A stretch of 64,000 bases of DNA, taken from Candidatus Limnocylindrales bacterium. GTDB lineage: Bacteria; Chloroflexota; Limnocylindria; Limnocylindrales; CSP1-4. A model generated the notes under the pieces. The model saw nothing but the letters and a program-made list of their open reading frames with translations. It was not told the DNA's origin and ran no database searches. Positions 48,198 to 58,455 of the stretch are shown one piece after another (position 1 is the stretch's first letter; each line of letters begins with the position of its first letter). The position numbers were made by a program, and so were the translations under genes. Where the stretch lies: assembly GCA_046593725.1 (NCBI GenBank), contig JBKJQY010000088.1:8623-72622 (forward strand), given 5' to 3'.

Positions 48198-50015
48198 ATG
48201 CTGGGTCGTACCGATTCCCGTCGTCGCCTGTTGGCGCTGCTGCTGATCTTCGCGGTGGCGTCGCTGGCGCTCGTCGCGCGGCTGGCCTCGTGGCAGGTCG
48301 CGCAGCGCGACTGGCTCGTGGACCAGGCCTCCTCCCAGACGTCCATCACGGTCAAGGAACACACGCGACGCGGCGAGATCTACGACCGGACTGGCACGGT
48401 CCTGCTGGCCACCTCGGTGCCGCGAGATCGCCTGGTGGCGGCGCCCAAGTCCCTGGACCGCGTGGAGCGCCGCCAGACGGCCGATGAGCTGATTCGGATC
48501 CTGGAGCTGGACGAGGCGAAAGCAGCCACCCTCCGCGAGCGGATGGCCACCGACAAGCCGTATGTGATCCTCGCCCGCAGCATCGAGCCGGCCACGGCCG
48601 ACCGGATCCGGACCGCGAGCCGGAGTGGTTCCATCCTGGGGATCAGCCTGGAAGCCGAACCGGTCCGAGTCTATCCACAGGCCGGCGGCGGCCCGGACTC
48701 CACGCTGGCTGCCCAGTTGCTCGGGTTCGTCAACCGTGAAGGCGATGGCCAATACGGCGTCGAGCAGCAGTACCAGGAGATCCTTGCCGGGTCGCCACGA
48801 GTCACCGTCTCGGATCGCGGTGCGAGCGGGCAGGCCGTGCCCGGCACCGCGCAGGTGCAGTGGACCGGCGCGGCCGGCGAGGACCTGCGTCTCACGATCG
48901 ACGCCGGCCTCCAGTTCGCCGTCGAACAGGAGTTGCTCGCCGCCTGGATCGCCGACAAGGCCAAGAGTGTCTCCGCGGTCGTCATGGACCCGTATACGGG
49001 CGAGATCTATGCCGAAGCGACCTACCCGTCCTACGACGCCAACGACTACGGGGCGATCGCCGCAAAGGACCCGGACCGGTTCATCGACCCGATCGTGTCG
49101 AGCGTCTACGAGCCGGGGTCCGTGTTCAAGATGATGACCGCCACGGCGGCCCTGGAGCACAAGACAGTCAAGATCAGCACGAAGATCAAGGACGTCGGTA
49201 CGCTCAAGCTCGACGGCGGCCGCTCCCACGTTGACGACGCGGACCACAAGGCCAAGGGCTGGATGACATTCGAGGACGGCATCGCGTTCTCCAGGAACGT
49301 AGTCGCGGCCAAGGTCGCGCTCGGGCTAGCCGACACGACCGAGGCGTCGTCGGCCATCCTCCATGAGACGTGGCTGCGGCTCGGCTACGGCGCACCCACC
49401 GGGATCGACCTGGCAGGTGAGGTGCCTGGCATCGTCAACGATCCGGCGATCCAGCCGTGGCAGGAGATCGACCTCGCCAACGGGTCGTTCGGTCAAGGCG
49501 TGGCCGTCACGCCCATCCAGCTCGCAGCGTCGTACGCGACGTTGATGAACGGCGGCACGAGAGTGCAGCCCCACGTCGTGAAGGCGGTGGGCGATCGCGA
49601 GATCGTCGCCGCACCCGGCGTCCGCGTCGTCAGCACGGTCATCTCCAGGCAGCTCGTGGGCTTGATGACTCACGTCATCGCGACCGTCCCCTTCTACCAC
49701 GACCGGACGATCGTGCCGGGCTTCCAGGTGGGCGGCAAGACCGGCACCGCTCAGATCTGGGACGCCAAGAAGCATCGCTGGAAGGTCGACCTTTTCAACT
49801 ACACGTTCGTCGGGTTCATCGCCCGCCAGGTCGATCGGCCGGACCTTGTGATCGCGATCCGCATCGAAGAGGGGACACCGACGGTCCGCAAGGTCGGTCA
49901 GCTGGAGATGCCGGTGATGTCCTTCGAGCTCTTCCGGCGGATCGCCACCGATGCGATAGAGACACCCGACCTGCTGCGCGATCGGCCGATGATCGAACGC
50001 GTCGCGGACCGGTGA
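48198..50015 (+). CDS. ftsI: Class B penicillin-binding protein (FtsI/PBP2-type transpeptidase)
   Basis: N-terminal TM, PBP dimerisation region, active-site SVFK (PGSVFKMMTA), SRN (AFSRNVV), KTGTA (GGKTGTAQI). Confidence 0.93.
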   Translation: MLGRTDSRRRLLALLLIFAVASLALVARLASWQVAQRDWLVDQASSQTSITVKEHTRRGEIYDRTGTVLLATSVPRDRLVAAPKSLDRVERRQTADELIRILELDEAKAATLRERMATDKPYVILARSIEPATADRIRTASRSGSILGISLEAEPVRVYPQAGGGPDSTLAAQLLGFVNREGDGQYGVEQQYQEILAGSPRVTVSDRGASGQAVPGTAQVQWTGAAGEDLRLTIDAGLQFAVEQELLAAWIADKAKSVSAVVMDPYTGEIYAEATYPSYDANDYGAIAAKDPDRFIDPIVSSVYEPGSVFKMMTATAALEHKTVKISTKIKDVGTLKLDGGRSHVDDADHKAKGWMTFEDGIAFSRNVVAAKVALGLADTTEASSAILHETWLRLGYGAPTGIDLAGEVPGIVNDPAIQPWQEIDLANGSFGQGVAVTPIQLAASYATLMNGGTRVQPHVVKAVGDREIVAAPGVRVVSTVISRQLVGLMTHVIATVPFYHDRTIVPGFQVGGKTGTAQIWDAKKHRWKVDLFNYTFVGFIARQVDRPDLVIAIRIEEGTPTVRKVGQLEMPVMSFELFRRIATDAIETPDLLRDRPMIERVADR

Positions 50016-50095
50016 CTGCCGCATATGCCAGACTGCCACCCGTGACCGACGCCCACCCGTCGCCCCCGGGTGCGCAGGCACTCGCGGACCCCGCC

Positions 50096-51469
50096 ATGAC
50101 GACGGACGACCTGCTCGGCCTGACCGGCGGCCGGCTCCTCGCCAGGTCCGCCCGACCCATCCGCCACGCCGCGGTCGACTCGCGCCTGGTCCAGCCCGGC
50201 TGGCTGTTCGTGGCCCTGCCGGGGGAGCGGACCGACGGCCACGCCCACGTCGCGGACGCCATCGAGCGGGGCGCCGCTGCGATCCTCGTGACTCGTCCGA
50301 TGCCGCTCCCGCCCGCCGATGTCACGCTCATCCGGGTCGTCGACGGACTGACCGCACTCGCGGCTGTGGCCGGCGGCTGGCGCCGCCGGTTCGATCCCAT
50401 CGTCGTGGGCGTGACCGGGAGCATCGCCAAGACGTCAACCAAGGAGGCGGTCGCCGCCGTCCTCGCCCGGCGGTTCACCACGCTGCGCTCCGAGGGCAAC
50501 CGGAATAACGAGGTCGGCCTGCCGCTCACGGTCCTCGACCTCGGTCCGGAACATGAGGCGGTCGTCCTGGAGATGGGCATGTACGCAGGCGGCGAGATCG
50601 CGGACCTGGCCCGCGTCGCGCGACCGTCCATCGGCGTAGTGACCGCGGTCCAGGCCGTGCATCTGTCGCGCATCGGGTCACTCGATGCCATCGAGCGGGC
50701 GAAGGGCGAACTACTGGAGGCCCTGCCGCCGGACGGTACGGCGATCCTCAATGCGGACGACCCGATCGTCCGCCGCATGGGCGCTCGGACGGCCGCGCGG
50801 GTCCTGACCTATGGTTTCGCCGCCGAGGCGGACGTCTCGGCGGCAGCGATGATCTCGGCCGGGACTGCCGGGATGACCTTCACCCTCCAGACGCCGCGCG
50901 GCACGGCGGACGTGACGATCCCGGCGCTCGGTCGCCTGAGCGTTCATAACGCGCTGGCCGGAACGGCAGTCGGCCTGGCGGCCGGGATGACCGTGCCGGA
51001 GATCGTCGCCGGTCTGCGCGATGGCTGGTCCGCACCGCACCGCGTCCAGCTGGTTCGGACCGGTGGCCTGACCCTGCTCGACGACACCTACAACGCCTCG
51101 CCGGGATCCGTCGCGGCCGCCCTGGACGTCCTGGCCGGCCTGCCGGGCCGCCGGATCGCGGTGCTTGGCGAGATGCTCGAACTCGGTGATGACCACGAGG
51201 ACGGTCATCGGGCGGTCGGCCTGGCGGCCGCGGCCGTCGTCGACCGGCTGGTGGTCATCGGGGATGGCGCCAGCGACATCGCCGACGGTGCGCGGGACGC
51301 CGGGCTCGACCCGACCCGGATCGCCTCCATGCCGGATGCCGAAGCCGCGCTCGACCATCTTCGGTCGCGCCTGCGTGACGGCGACGTCGTCCTGGTCAAG
51401 GCGTCCCGCGGCATCGCTCTCGAGCACCTCGTCGACGCGCTCCGCGCCGAGTTCGGACCGCCCACGTGA
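50096..51469 (+). CDS. murF: UDP-N-acetylmuramoyl-tripeptide--D-alanyl-D-alanine ligase MurF
   Basis: VDSRLVQPGWLFVALPGERTDGHAHV, GVTGSIAKTSTKE, DDTYNASPGS, GEMLELG. Alternative GTG 50012 overlaps the ftsI stop. Confidence 0.92.
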   Translation: MTTDDLLGLTGGRLLARSARPIRHAAVDSRLVQPGWLFVALPGERTDGHAHVADAIERGAAAILVTRPMPLPPADVTLIRVVDGLTALAAVAGGWRRRFDPIVVGVTGSIAKTSTKEAVAAVLARRFTTLRSEGNRNNEVGLPLTVLDLGPEHEAVVLEMGMYAGGEIADLARVARPSIGVVTAVQAVHLSRIGSLDAIERAKGELLEALPPDGTAILNADDPIVRRMGARTAARVLTYGFAAEADVSAAAMISAGTAGMTFTLQTPRGTADVTIPALGRLSVHNALAGTAVGLAAGMTVPEIVAGLRDGWSAPHRVQLVRTGGLTLLDDTYNASPGSVAAALDVLAGLPGRRIAVLGEMLELGDDHEDGHRAVGLAAAAVVDRLVVIGDGASDIADGARDAGLDPTRIASMPDAEAALDHLRSRLRDGDVVLVKASRGIALEHLVDALRAEFGPPT

Positions 51470-52443
51470 CCGTCGAGCTCATCCAGGGCCTCCTCCTGGC
51501 GTTCGCCATCGTCGTCATCCTCATGACGCCGTACATTCGGCTGCTAAGCGTGCTTGGCTTCCGCAAACGGATCCGGGTGGAAGGCCCGCAGAGCCACTAC
51601 GTCAAGGAGGGCACGCCGACCATGGGCGGCCTGCTCGTCGTGCTGGTGGTGCTGGGCATCTACCTGTTCCTGTACAAGCCGGACGCGGCGACCTTCGCGC
51701 CCCTGGTGACGCTGGCCAGCGTCGGTCTGCTCGGCGCCTTCGACGATTACCTCAACGCCAAGACGGGAGAAGGGATCAGCGCCCGCCAGAAGATGATCTG
51801 GCTGAGTGTCGTCGCGATCGTCGCCGCTTACCAGATCCAGTCCACGTACGCGATCACGGCGATCGCCGTCCCGTTCGTCGGCGCGGTCGCGATCGACCCG
51901 GTCGTGTACATCTTCTTCGCCGCGTTCGCGATCATCGCCGCCGCGAACGGGGTCAACATCACGGACGGACTTGATGGCCTGTCGGGTGGGACGGTCGCCA
52001 TCGCCTTCGTCGCCTACATGCTCATCGCGCTGCTGAACGTCCCGAACCAGGAGAACCTGGGCATCCTGTGCGCGATCATCATCGGCGCGCTGCTCGGGTT
52101 CCTGTGGTTCAACGTCCACCCGGCCCAGATCTTCATCGGCGACTCCGGGGCGCTGGCGCTGGGCGCCTGTCTTGCGGTGACCGCGCTCATCACCGGCCAG
52201 ATCCTGGTCCTGCCACTCATCGGGATCATCTTCGTGATCGAGACGCTGTCCGTGATCATCCAGCGGGTCTACTTCAAGGCCACCGGTGGCAAGCGGTTCT
52301 TCCGGATGACGCCGATCCACCACCACTTCGAGCTGGCGGGCTGGGACGAGGAGAAGATCACGATCCGGTTCTGGATCGTCGGGATCCTTGCGGCGCTGCT
52401 GGGTGTCACGCTCTTCCTGGCATCACTGGATCGGTTGCAGTGA
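51466..52443 (+). CDS. mraY: Phospho-N-acetylmuramoyl-pentapeptide transferase MraY
   Basis: KEGTPTMGG, DDYLN, NGVNITDGLDGLS, GDSGALALG, PIHHHFEL. Confidence 0.97.
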   Translation: MTVELIQGLLLAFAIVVILMTPYIRLLSVLGFRKRIRVEGPQSHYVKEGTPTMGGLLVVLVVLGIYLFLYKPDAATFAPLVTLASVGLLGAFDDYLNAKTGEGISARQKMIWLSVVAIVAAYQIQSTYAITAIAVPFVGAVAIDPVVYIFFAAFAIIAAANGVNITDGLDGLSGGTVAIAFVAYMLIALLNVPNQENLGILCAIIIGALLGFLWFNVHPAQIFIGDSGALALGACLAVTALITGQILVLPLIGIIFVIETLSVIIQRVYFKATGGKRFFRMTPIHHHFELAGWDEEKITIRFWIVGILAALLGVTLFLASLDRLQ

Positions 52444-54011
52444 CGATCGTGACGAACGTCCTGCCGATCGATCCGGACACGCTGACCATGGACGCCGTTC
52501 GGGCGGGCGCGCTGCAGGGCCACCCGGTGACCGTGTTGGGGTTCGCGCGGAGCGGGATCGCGCTTGCCCGGTTCCTCGCGGGGGCCGGAGCGTCGGTCAC
52601 CGTCTACGATGGCCGACCCTTCGCCGAGCTGAGCGAGACCTATCAGGCGTTCCTCGACGCCGACCTGGCGATCGAACTGCTGTGCGGCCCCGACGTGGAT
52701 CCGCTCGCCGCCTGGCAGGGGGCCTCGCTGGTGACGACCTCGCCGTCGATCAATCCGGACTACCCGACGACCGAACCACGGCTCCGGGCGGCCCTCCAGC
52801 GGCTCGTCGAGTCCCGGGCGAGCGGCATGCCCTGGGTGCCGGCGCTGGTCTCTGAACCGGACCTGTTCCTGCGCCTGTGCATCGCGCCGACGATCGGCGT
52901 CACGGGGACCAAGGGCAAGACCACGACATCCGCACTGACCGCCGCGATCCTGGGGGCGGATCCGTCACACCCGGTGATGCTCGGCGGGAACATCGGCATC
53001 CCACTCGTGGAGCGGCTGCCCGAGCTCACCTCGGCGCATCGCGTCGTCTACGAGCTGTCCGAGCTCCAGCTGCCGACGCTGTCGCGGGGCACCACCGTAG
53101 CGGTCTACACGAACGTCACGTCCGATCACCTTGACCGCCATGGGTCCCTCGAGGGCTATCGCCGGGCCAAGCGCCGACTGGCCGAGCTGGTCGACCCGGA
53201 TGGAGCCCTGGTGCTGAATGCCGAGGATCCGGTCGTCGCCTCCTATGGGGACCTCGCGCCGGGCGCACCCGTCCTCTACGGCCGCGATCGACCGGGACCC
53301 GGCGGGGTCGGCGTCCAGGACGGTTGGATCGTGGCGGCGGGCGTCCCGCGCCTGGCGGTCGTCGGCGGTGGGGTCGCAGCGACCGGACCGGGCGGCAGGA
53401 TCATGCCCGTGGGCGAGCTGGCCATCCCGGGTGCGCACAACGTCTCGAATGCGCTGGCCGCCGTCGCCGTTGCACTGCTGTTCGGCGTAGCACCTGATGC
53501 CATCCGCGAGGCGGCAGGCGGGTTCGTCGGCGTCGAACATCGCCTCGAGTCCGTCGCGCTCATCGACGGCGTCCGGTTCGTCAACGATTCGCAGGGGACG
53601 CAGCCTGACGCGGTGATGGCCGCCCTGCGCGCCTTCACGCGACCGATCGTCCTGATCGCGGGCGGGCGCGACAAAGGGGTGGACCTATCCGAACTCGCGG
53701 CCGTGGTCGCGGAATGTGCTGCGGCGGCCGTCCTGATCGGGGAGAGCGGCCCACACCTGCAGGCCCTGTTCCGCGACGCCGGACTTGCCCGCACCGAGCG
53801 CGCCGAGACCATGGCGGACGCCGTGACGCTCGCGGACCGACTCGCTCATGAAGCTCTCGTGAATACCGAGTCAGGTATGGGTCCAGCGACGGTCCTGTTG
53901 AGTCCGGCGGCTGCCAGCTTCGACATGTTCGTGGACTACGCCGCGCGCGGCCAGGCCTTCAAGAAGGCCGTCGCGGCCGTTGCCGAGCGCGTCAGGGGGA
54001 CCGAACGATGA
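52440..54011 (+). CDS. murD: UDP-N-acetylmuramoylalanine--D-glutamate ligase MurD
   Basis: VTVLGFARSGIALARFL, GVTGTKGKTTT, NVTSDHLDRHGS, VNDSQGTQPDA. GTGA overlap with mraY; ATG 52488 is the alternative start. Confidence 0.92.
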   Translation: MTIVTNVLPIDPDTLTMDAVRAGALQGHPVTVLGFARSGIALARFLAGAGASVTVYDGRPFAELSETYQAFLDADLAIELLCGPDVDPLAAWQGASLVTTSPSINPDYPTTEPRLRAALQRLVESRASGMPWVPALVSEPDLFLRLCIAPTIGVTGTKGKTTTSALTAAILGADPSHPVMLGGNIGIPLVERLPELTSAHRVVYELSELQLPTLSRGTTVAVYTNVTSDHLDRHGSLEGYRRAKRRLAELVDPDGALVLNAEDPVVASYGDLAPGAPVLYGRDRPGPGGVGVQDGWIVAAGVPRLAVVGGGVAATGPGGRIMPVGELAIPGAHNVSNALAAVAVALLFGVAPDAIREAAGGFVGVEHRLESVALIDGVRFVNDSQGTQPDAVMAALRAFTRPIVLIAGGRDKGVDLSELAAVVAECAAAAVLIGESGPHLQALFRDAGLARTERAETMADAVTLADRLAHEALVNTESGMGPATVLLSPAAASFDMFVDYAARGQAFKKAVAAVAERVRGTER

Positions 54012-55321
54012 ACCTGTCACCACCCATCCCACGCCGGGGTCGCCCCCAGGAGGCCGAGCACCCGACCACGCGTCCGGTCGGACCGGCCAATCGGACGCCC
54101 GTCCGCAGCCGGAGCGGTGCGGTCCGGCGCGAGCGCCACGAAGCGGACTACGTGATCCTCGTCGTGGTGGTGGCGCTATCGGCCATCGGCATCCTGATGG
54201 TCTACTCGTCGTCAGCGCTCAAGGGCTATCTGGCCGAGGACGATACGTTCGCGACCGTCGGTCCGCAGATCCAGTGGGCCGTCCTTGGCATCGTGGCCAT
54301 GCTGGCGATGATGCGGGTGGATTACCGCTATCTCCGCCTGGCCTCGGTCCCGATGTACGTCGTGGCGCTGGTCGCCCTCGCGCTCCTGTTCATCCCGTCC
54401 CTGAGCATCGAGGTCGGCGGGTCCGCCCGCTGGCTGAAGCTGGGCTCGTTACCTGCCGTCCACCCCGCCGAGTTCGCGAAGCTCGCACTCATCGTCTACA
54501 TGGCCCACTGGTTGGCCAAGCGTGGGACCCGGATCGGCGGGCTCCGGTCGGGCACGGTCCCGTTCCTGATCATCCTGGGCCCGATCGCGGGCCTCGTCTT
54601 CCTGGAGCCGGACCTTGGCACGACCGGGGTCATCACGCTGACCGCGTTCACGATGTTCTTCATCGCCGGCGCCAACATGCTGCATCTGGGCATCCTGCTG
54701 ACGACGGCCTTCGCCGGCGTGGCCGTGTTCATGAAGGGCTATCAGATGGATCGGGTCCGGGTCTGGCTGGACCCGTGGTCGGACCAGCTCGGCGCCGGGT
54801 TCCACACGGTGCAGGGCCTGCTGGCCCTCGGCGTCGGCGGCCTGTTCGGGACCGGGCTCGGGGAGAGCCGCGTCTTCGTCCCCAACGCCTTCAACGACTT
54901 CATCTTCGCCGAGATCGGCCAGGAGTTCGGGTTCGTCGGTGCGGTCGTCGTCATCGGCCTGTTCGTCGTGCTGGCCTACTCGGGCGTCCGTATCGCCCTG
55001 GCGGCGCCGGACACGTTCGGGGCGCTGCTCGCGGCCGGGATCACGGCCTGGCTGTGCATCCAGGCGCTCATCAACATCGGCGTCGTCGTGACACTCTTCC
55101 CGATCACCGGGATCACCCTGCCATTCATCAGCGCGGGCGGGTCATCGCTCATCATCAGTTTTGCGGCGGTCGGGATCCTCCTCTCGATCTCGCGCGAGAC
55201 CGTGCAGAAGGGAACGTGGAATACCGATGCGGATCCTGATCGCGGGCGGCGGGACGGGCGGACACATCTACCCGGCTCTCGCCGTGGCAAGGTCGCTTCG
55301 CGCCCGTCCGGACGCGCCTGA
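54008..55321 (+). CDS. ftsW: Peptidoglycan glycosyltransferase FtsW (SEDS family)
   Basis: Ten-TM SEDS pattern: WLKLGSLPAVHPAEFAKLALIVYMA, PDLGT, GLGESR...PNAFNDFIFAEIGQEFGF, LPFISAGGSSL. The 3' end overlaps murG by ~95 nt. Confidence 0.9.
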   Translation: MNLSPPIPRRGRPQEAEHPTTRPVGPANRTPVRSRSGAVRRERHEADYVILVVVVALSAIGILMVYSSSALKGYLAEDDTFATVGPQIQWAVLGIVAMLAMMRVDYRYLRLASVPMYVVALVALALLFIPSLSIEVGGSARWLKLGSLPAVHPAEFAKLALIVYMAHWLAKRGTRIGGLRSGTVPFLIILGPIAGLVFLEPDLGTTGVITLTAFTMFFIAGANMLHLGILLTTAFAGVAVFMKGYQMDRVRVWLDPWSDQLGAGFHTVQGLLALGVGGLFGTGLGESRVFVPNAFNDFIFAEIGQEFGFVGAVVVIGLFVVLAYSGVRIALAAPDTFGALLAAGITAWLCIQALINIGVVVTLFPITGITLPFISAGGSSLIISFAAVGILLSISRETVQKGTWNTDADPDRGRRDGRTHLPGSRRGKVASRPSGRA

Positions 55322-56387
55322 GCTGGGCTGGCTCGGCGGTCACCGCGGCCTCGAAGCCGAGCTGGTGCCACCGACCGGTATCCCGTTCCGGCGCCTCGCG
55401 CTGCGCTCGCTTCGGACGACCGAGCTGGATGTCCATGCCGTGACGGACCCACTGCGCCTGGGCGCATCCGTGCCGCAGGCCGCGTCCATCCTGGCCGCCC
55501 AGCGACCGGCCGCCATCTTCACGACCGGCGGTTATATGGCGGTCCCGGTCCTGATGGCGGCCGCCCCGCTCGGTATCCCGGTCGTCATGTGGGACGGCAA
55601 CGTCATCCCGGGGCGAGCCGTGCGCGCGACGGCTCGACTGGCAGCCGCGCTTGCGGTCTCCTTCGAGGCGACCTGCGTCGCACTCACGTCAGCGGCGTCG
55701 GGTCGGCCCTGCTACGTGACCGGCACGCCGATCCGCGACACCCGCGAGGTGGATCGCGAAGCCGCCCGGCGTCGTCTGGACATCCCGCCCTCCGAGCGGG
55801 TCATGCTCGTCTTCGGCGGGTCGCAGGCCGTCCGCCGTTTCAACGGCGCCGTCTCCGAGGCACTGGGGCGGCTCGTCGAGCGCGTGACGGTCGTGCACGT
55901 CGCGGGCGAGGAAGGCTACGCCGGGGCGCTGGTCGAGCGCCAGGCATTGCCTGAGGCGCTTCGCTCCCGCTACCGGCCGTATCCGTTCCTGCGTGACGAG
56001 ATGTTGGCCGCGCTGGCCGCCGCGGACCTGGTGGTCGGCCGGGCCGGATCGTCCACCCTGGCCGAGGTGACCGCCCTGGGTCTGCCGATGATCGTCGTGC
56101 CGTACCCCCACGCCGGTGGCCACCAGCGGGCCAACGCCCGGATCCTCGTGGATGCAGGGGCCGCCCGCCTGGTGGACGACGCCGACTTCGATGCGACCGC
56201 GCTGCTCGAGGCGGCCAAGGTCCTGGAGGACCCGGCTCGCCACCTGGCCATGTCGGCGGCGGCGCGATCGCTGGGTCGACCGGGCGCCGCCGAGGCCGTG
56301 ACCGACATCGTTTTGGCAGCGGCCCGCCGTGAGCCACTGCCGGATCCGGCCGTCATCGAGCGCCGTTCCAGCGGCCGCGCGGCATGA
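55227..56387 (+). CDS. murG: UDP-N-acetylglucosamine--N-acetylmuramyl-(pentapeptide) pyrophosphoryl-undecaprenol GlcNAc transferase MurG
   Basis: MRILIAGGGTGGHIYPALAVA, GGYMAVP, VFGGSQAV, GRAGSSTLAEV...P.P....HQRANA. Confidence 0.95.
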   Translation: MRILIAGGGTGGHIYPALAVARSLRARPDAPELGWLGGHRGLEAELVPPTGIPFRRLALRSLRTTELDVHAVTDPLRLGASVPQAASILAAQRPAAIFTTGGYMAVPVLMAAAPLGIPVVMWDGNVIPGRAVRATARLAAALAVSFEATCVALTSAASGRPCYVTGTPIRDTREVDREAARRRLDIPPSERVMLVFGGSQAVRRFNGAVSEALGRLVERVTVVHVAGEEGYAGALVERQALPEALRSRYRPYPFLRDEMLAALAAADLVVGRAGSSTLAEVTALGLPMIVVPYPHAGGHQRANARILVDAGAARLVDDADFDATALLEAAKVLEDPARHLAMSAAARSLGRPGAAEAVTDIVLAAARREPLPDPAVIERRSSGRAA

Positions 56388-57334
56388 CCGCGCCCTTCGA
56401 CGCGATCGCCGTCGGGACCGAGATCCAGCGTCGGATCGGGGTGAAGACGTCCCGCGACGAACCGCTCGCGCGGTTCACGACGATGCGCGTGGGCGGGCCG
56501 GCCGACCTGTTCGCCGCGGTCCATAACGCCTTCGAGCTCAAGGCGATCGTCCGGTTCGCCCGGAACCGCGGGCTGCCACACCTCGTGCTGGGTCGGGGGA
56601 GCGACGTCGTCATCTCGGACGCAGGGGTGCGCGGCCTGGTCATCCAGGATCGCGCCGAGGGCTCGAAGGTCGTCGGCCAGACGTATGTCGCGGATGCCGG
56701 CGTCGCGATGGCCCGTGCCGCCACCGAGACCCAGAAGGCCGGGCTGTCCGGCCTGGAGTTCGGCCTCGCCATCCCTGGTTCCGTCGGCGGTGCTGTCTGG
56801 GCGAACGCGGGCGCGGACGGATCGGAGATGGCGGCCGTGCTGAGGACTGTCCGGGTCCTGCTTTTAGATGGCACGGAGACCGAACTTCCGGTCGCCGACC
56901 TGGCGCTGGCGTATCGCGACAGCCGGTTCAAGCATGGGGGCCTTGATGGACCGGCTGAGTTGGTCGTCGAAGCCACGTTCGCGCTGGAACCGGCCGATGT
57001 GGATACGATCAAGGCACGCTTGGACGACATCCGCCACTGGCGTCAGGCCAACCAGCCGCTGGGTCTGCCGTCGGCCGGCAGCGTGTTCCGCAACCCAGCG
57101 GGCGACTCGGCTGGCCGACTGATCGACGCGGCGGGCCTCAAGGGAACGCGTATCGGGGGCGCCGTCGTCTCCGAGAAGCACGCCAACTTCATCGTGAACG
57201 ACCAGAAGGGGAGCGCGACGGACGTTCGACGGCTCGTGGAGCGAGTCCACGCCGAGATCCTCGCCGCTCATGGGGTGGACCTCCAGCTGGAGATCGAGTT
57301 CCTCGGCGACTGGACGACCTGGGAGGCGGCATGA
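56384..57334 (+). CDS. murB: UDP-N-acetylenolpyruvoylglucosamine reductase MurB
   Basis: PLARFTTMRVGGPADLF, LGRGSDVV, GLEFGLAIPGSVGGAVWANAGA, AGSVFRNP, SEKHANFIVN. Confidence 0.95.
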   Translation: MTAPFDAIAVGTEIQRRIGVKTSRDEPLARFTTMRVGGPADLFAAVHNAFELKAIVRFARNRGLPHLVLGRGSDVVISDAGVRGLVIQDRAEGSKVVGQTYVADAGVAMARAATETQKAGLSGLEFGLAIPGSVGGAVWANAGADGSEMAAVLRTVRVLLLDGTETELPVADLALAYRDSRFKHGGLDGPAELVVEATFALEPADVDTIKARLDDIRHWRQANQPLGLPSAGSVFRNPAGDSAGRLIDAAGLKGTRIGGAVVSEKHANFIVNDQKGSATDVRRLVERVHAEILAAHGVDLQLEIEFLGDWTTWEAA

Positions 57335-58455
57335 CCAGCGTCGCCGGCCCACCTGTCGTGGTGCTGCTGGGCGGCCCATCAGCCGAGCACGACGTGTCGA
57401 TCGTATCCGGCACGGCCATCGCCGACGCCCTTGGCGGCATGGGCCTCGAGGTCAACCAGGTGGTCATCACCCTTGACGGCGCCTGGTGGTGGCTGCCCGC
57501 CGATCATCGCCGCGATGGGCGGCCGGCCGCCACGTATGACGACCCCGCTGCACTTGGCGCCTCCGGCCCGATCTCGGCCGGCGCCGCCATCGATCGGCTA
57601 GCGGCCATGGCACCCGCCCCGGTCGTCGTCATCGCGCTGCACGGCCCGTGGGGAGAGGATGGGACCGTCCAGGCGCTCCTCGAGTCCGCGGACCTGGCCT
57701 ACACCGGGTCCGGCGTCGCTGCGTCGGCGCTGGGCATGGACAAGGCGTTGTTCAAGCGGATGTGCCGGGGCCTGGGCCTGCCGATCATCGAGTGGCGCGA
57801 GATCCGAGCCGAGCGCTGGGCGTCGGACGCGCCTGGTGTCCGCTCGGAGCTGACGGCATTCGCTGCGGGCGCGGCGGATCCCCGCTTGATGGTCAAGCCG
57901 TCGCGACTCGGCAGCTCGGTCGGGATGACCCTGGTCCATGACGTGGGGGAGTTGACCCCGGCGCTGGATCTCGCCTTCCGCTACGACACGGTGGCGCTCG
58001 TCGAGCTGTACCTGCCGGGTGCGCGCGACCTCGAGATCTCGGTCATCGGCAACGACCCGGCCCATCTCGAGCTGTACGGGCCGGGCGAGATCGTGTCCGG
58101 CCACGAGTTCTACGACTACGCCGCGAAGTACACGGCCGGCCTGTCCGAGACCTCGATCCATGCGAACGTCACGCCGGCACAACGGGCAGCGATGCTCAAG
58201 ATCGCCCGAGACGCCTATCGCGGGATCGGTGCGGAGGGCTTTGCCCGGATCGACTTCCTTGTGTCCGGCGAGGCGATCTACCTGTCTGAGATCAACACGA
58301 TCCCGGGCTTCACACCGATCAGCCTGTTCCCGACCCTGCCGGCCGAAGGCGGACACACGTTCGCCGACGTCTGCGTCCGCATCGTCGAGCTGGCTCTCGA
58401 GCGACATGCCGCCCGCGTCCGCCGGCGGCTCCGCCCGGCCGACCTGCCCCGATGA
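57331..58455 (+). CDS. ddl: D-alanine--D-alanine ligase
   Basis: VVLLGGPSAEHDVSIVSG, HGPWGEDGTVQALLE, MDKALFK, VKPSRLGSSVG, EINTIPGFT. Confidence 0.95.
   Translation: MTSVAGPPVVVLLGGPSAEHDVSIVSGTAIADALGGMGLEVNQVVITLDGAWWWLPADHRRDGRPAATYDDPAALGASGPISAGAAIDRLAAMAPAPVVVIALHGPWGEDGTVQALLESADLAYTGSGVAASALGMDKALFKRMCRGLGLPIIEWREIRAERWASDAPGVRSELTAFAAGAADPRLMVKPSRLGSSVGMTLVHDVGELTPALDLAFRYDTVALVELYLPGARDLEISVIGNDPAHLELYGPGEIVSGHEFYDYAAKYTAGLSETSIHANVTPAQRAAMLKIARDAYRGIGAEGFARIDFLVSGEAIYLSEINTIPGFTPISLFPTLPAEGGHTFADVCVRIVELALERHAARVRRRLRPADLPR

Noticed and set aside
47685-49247. 520-aa ORF on the minus strand
   Set aside because: It is antisense to ftsL and ftsI (SxxK, SxN and KTG motifs on the plus strand). 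Arg/Gly/Asp-rich shadow frame.
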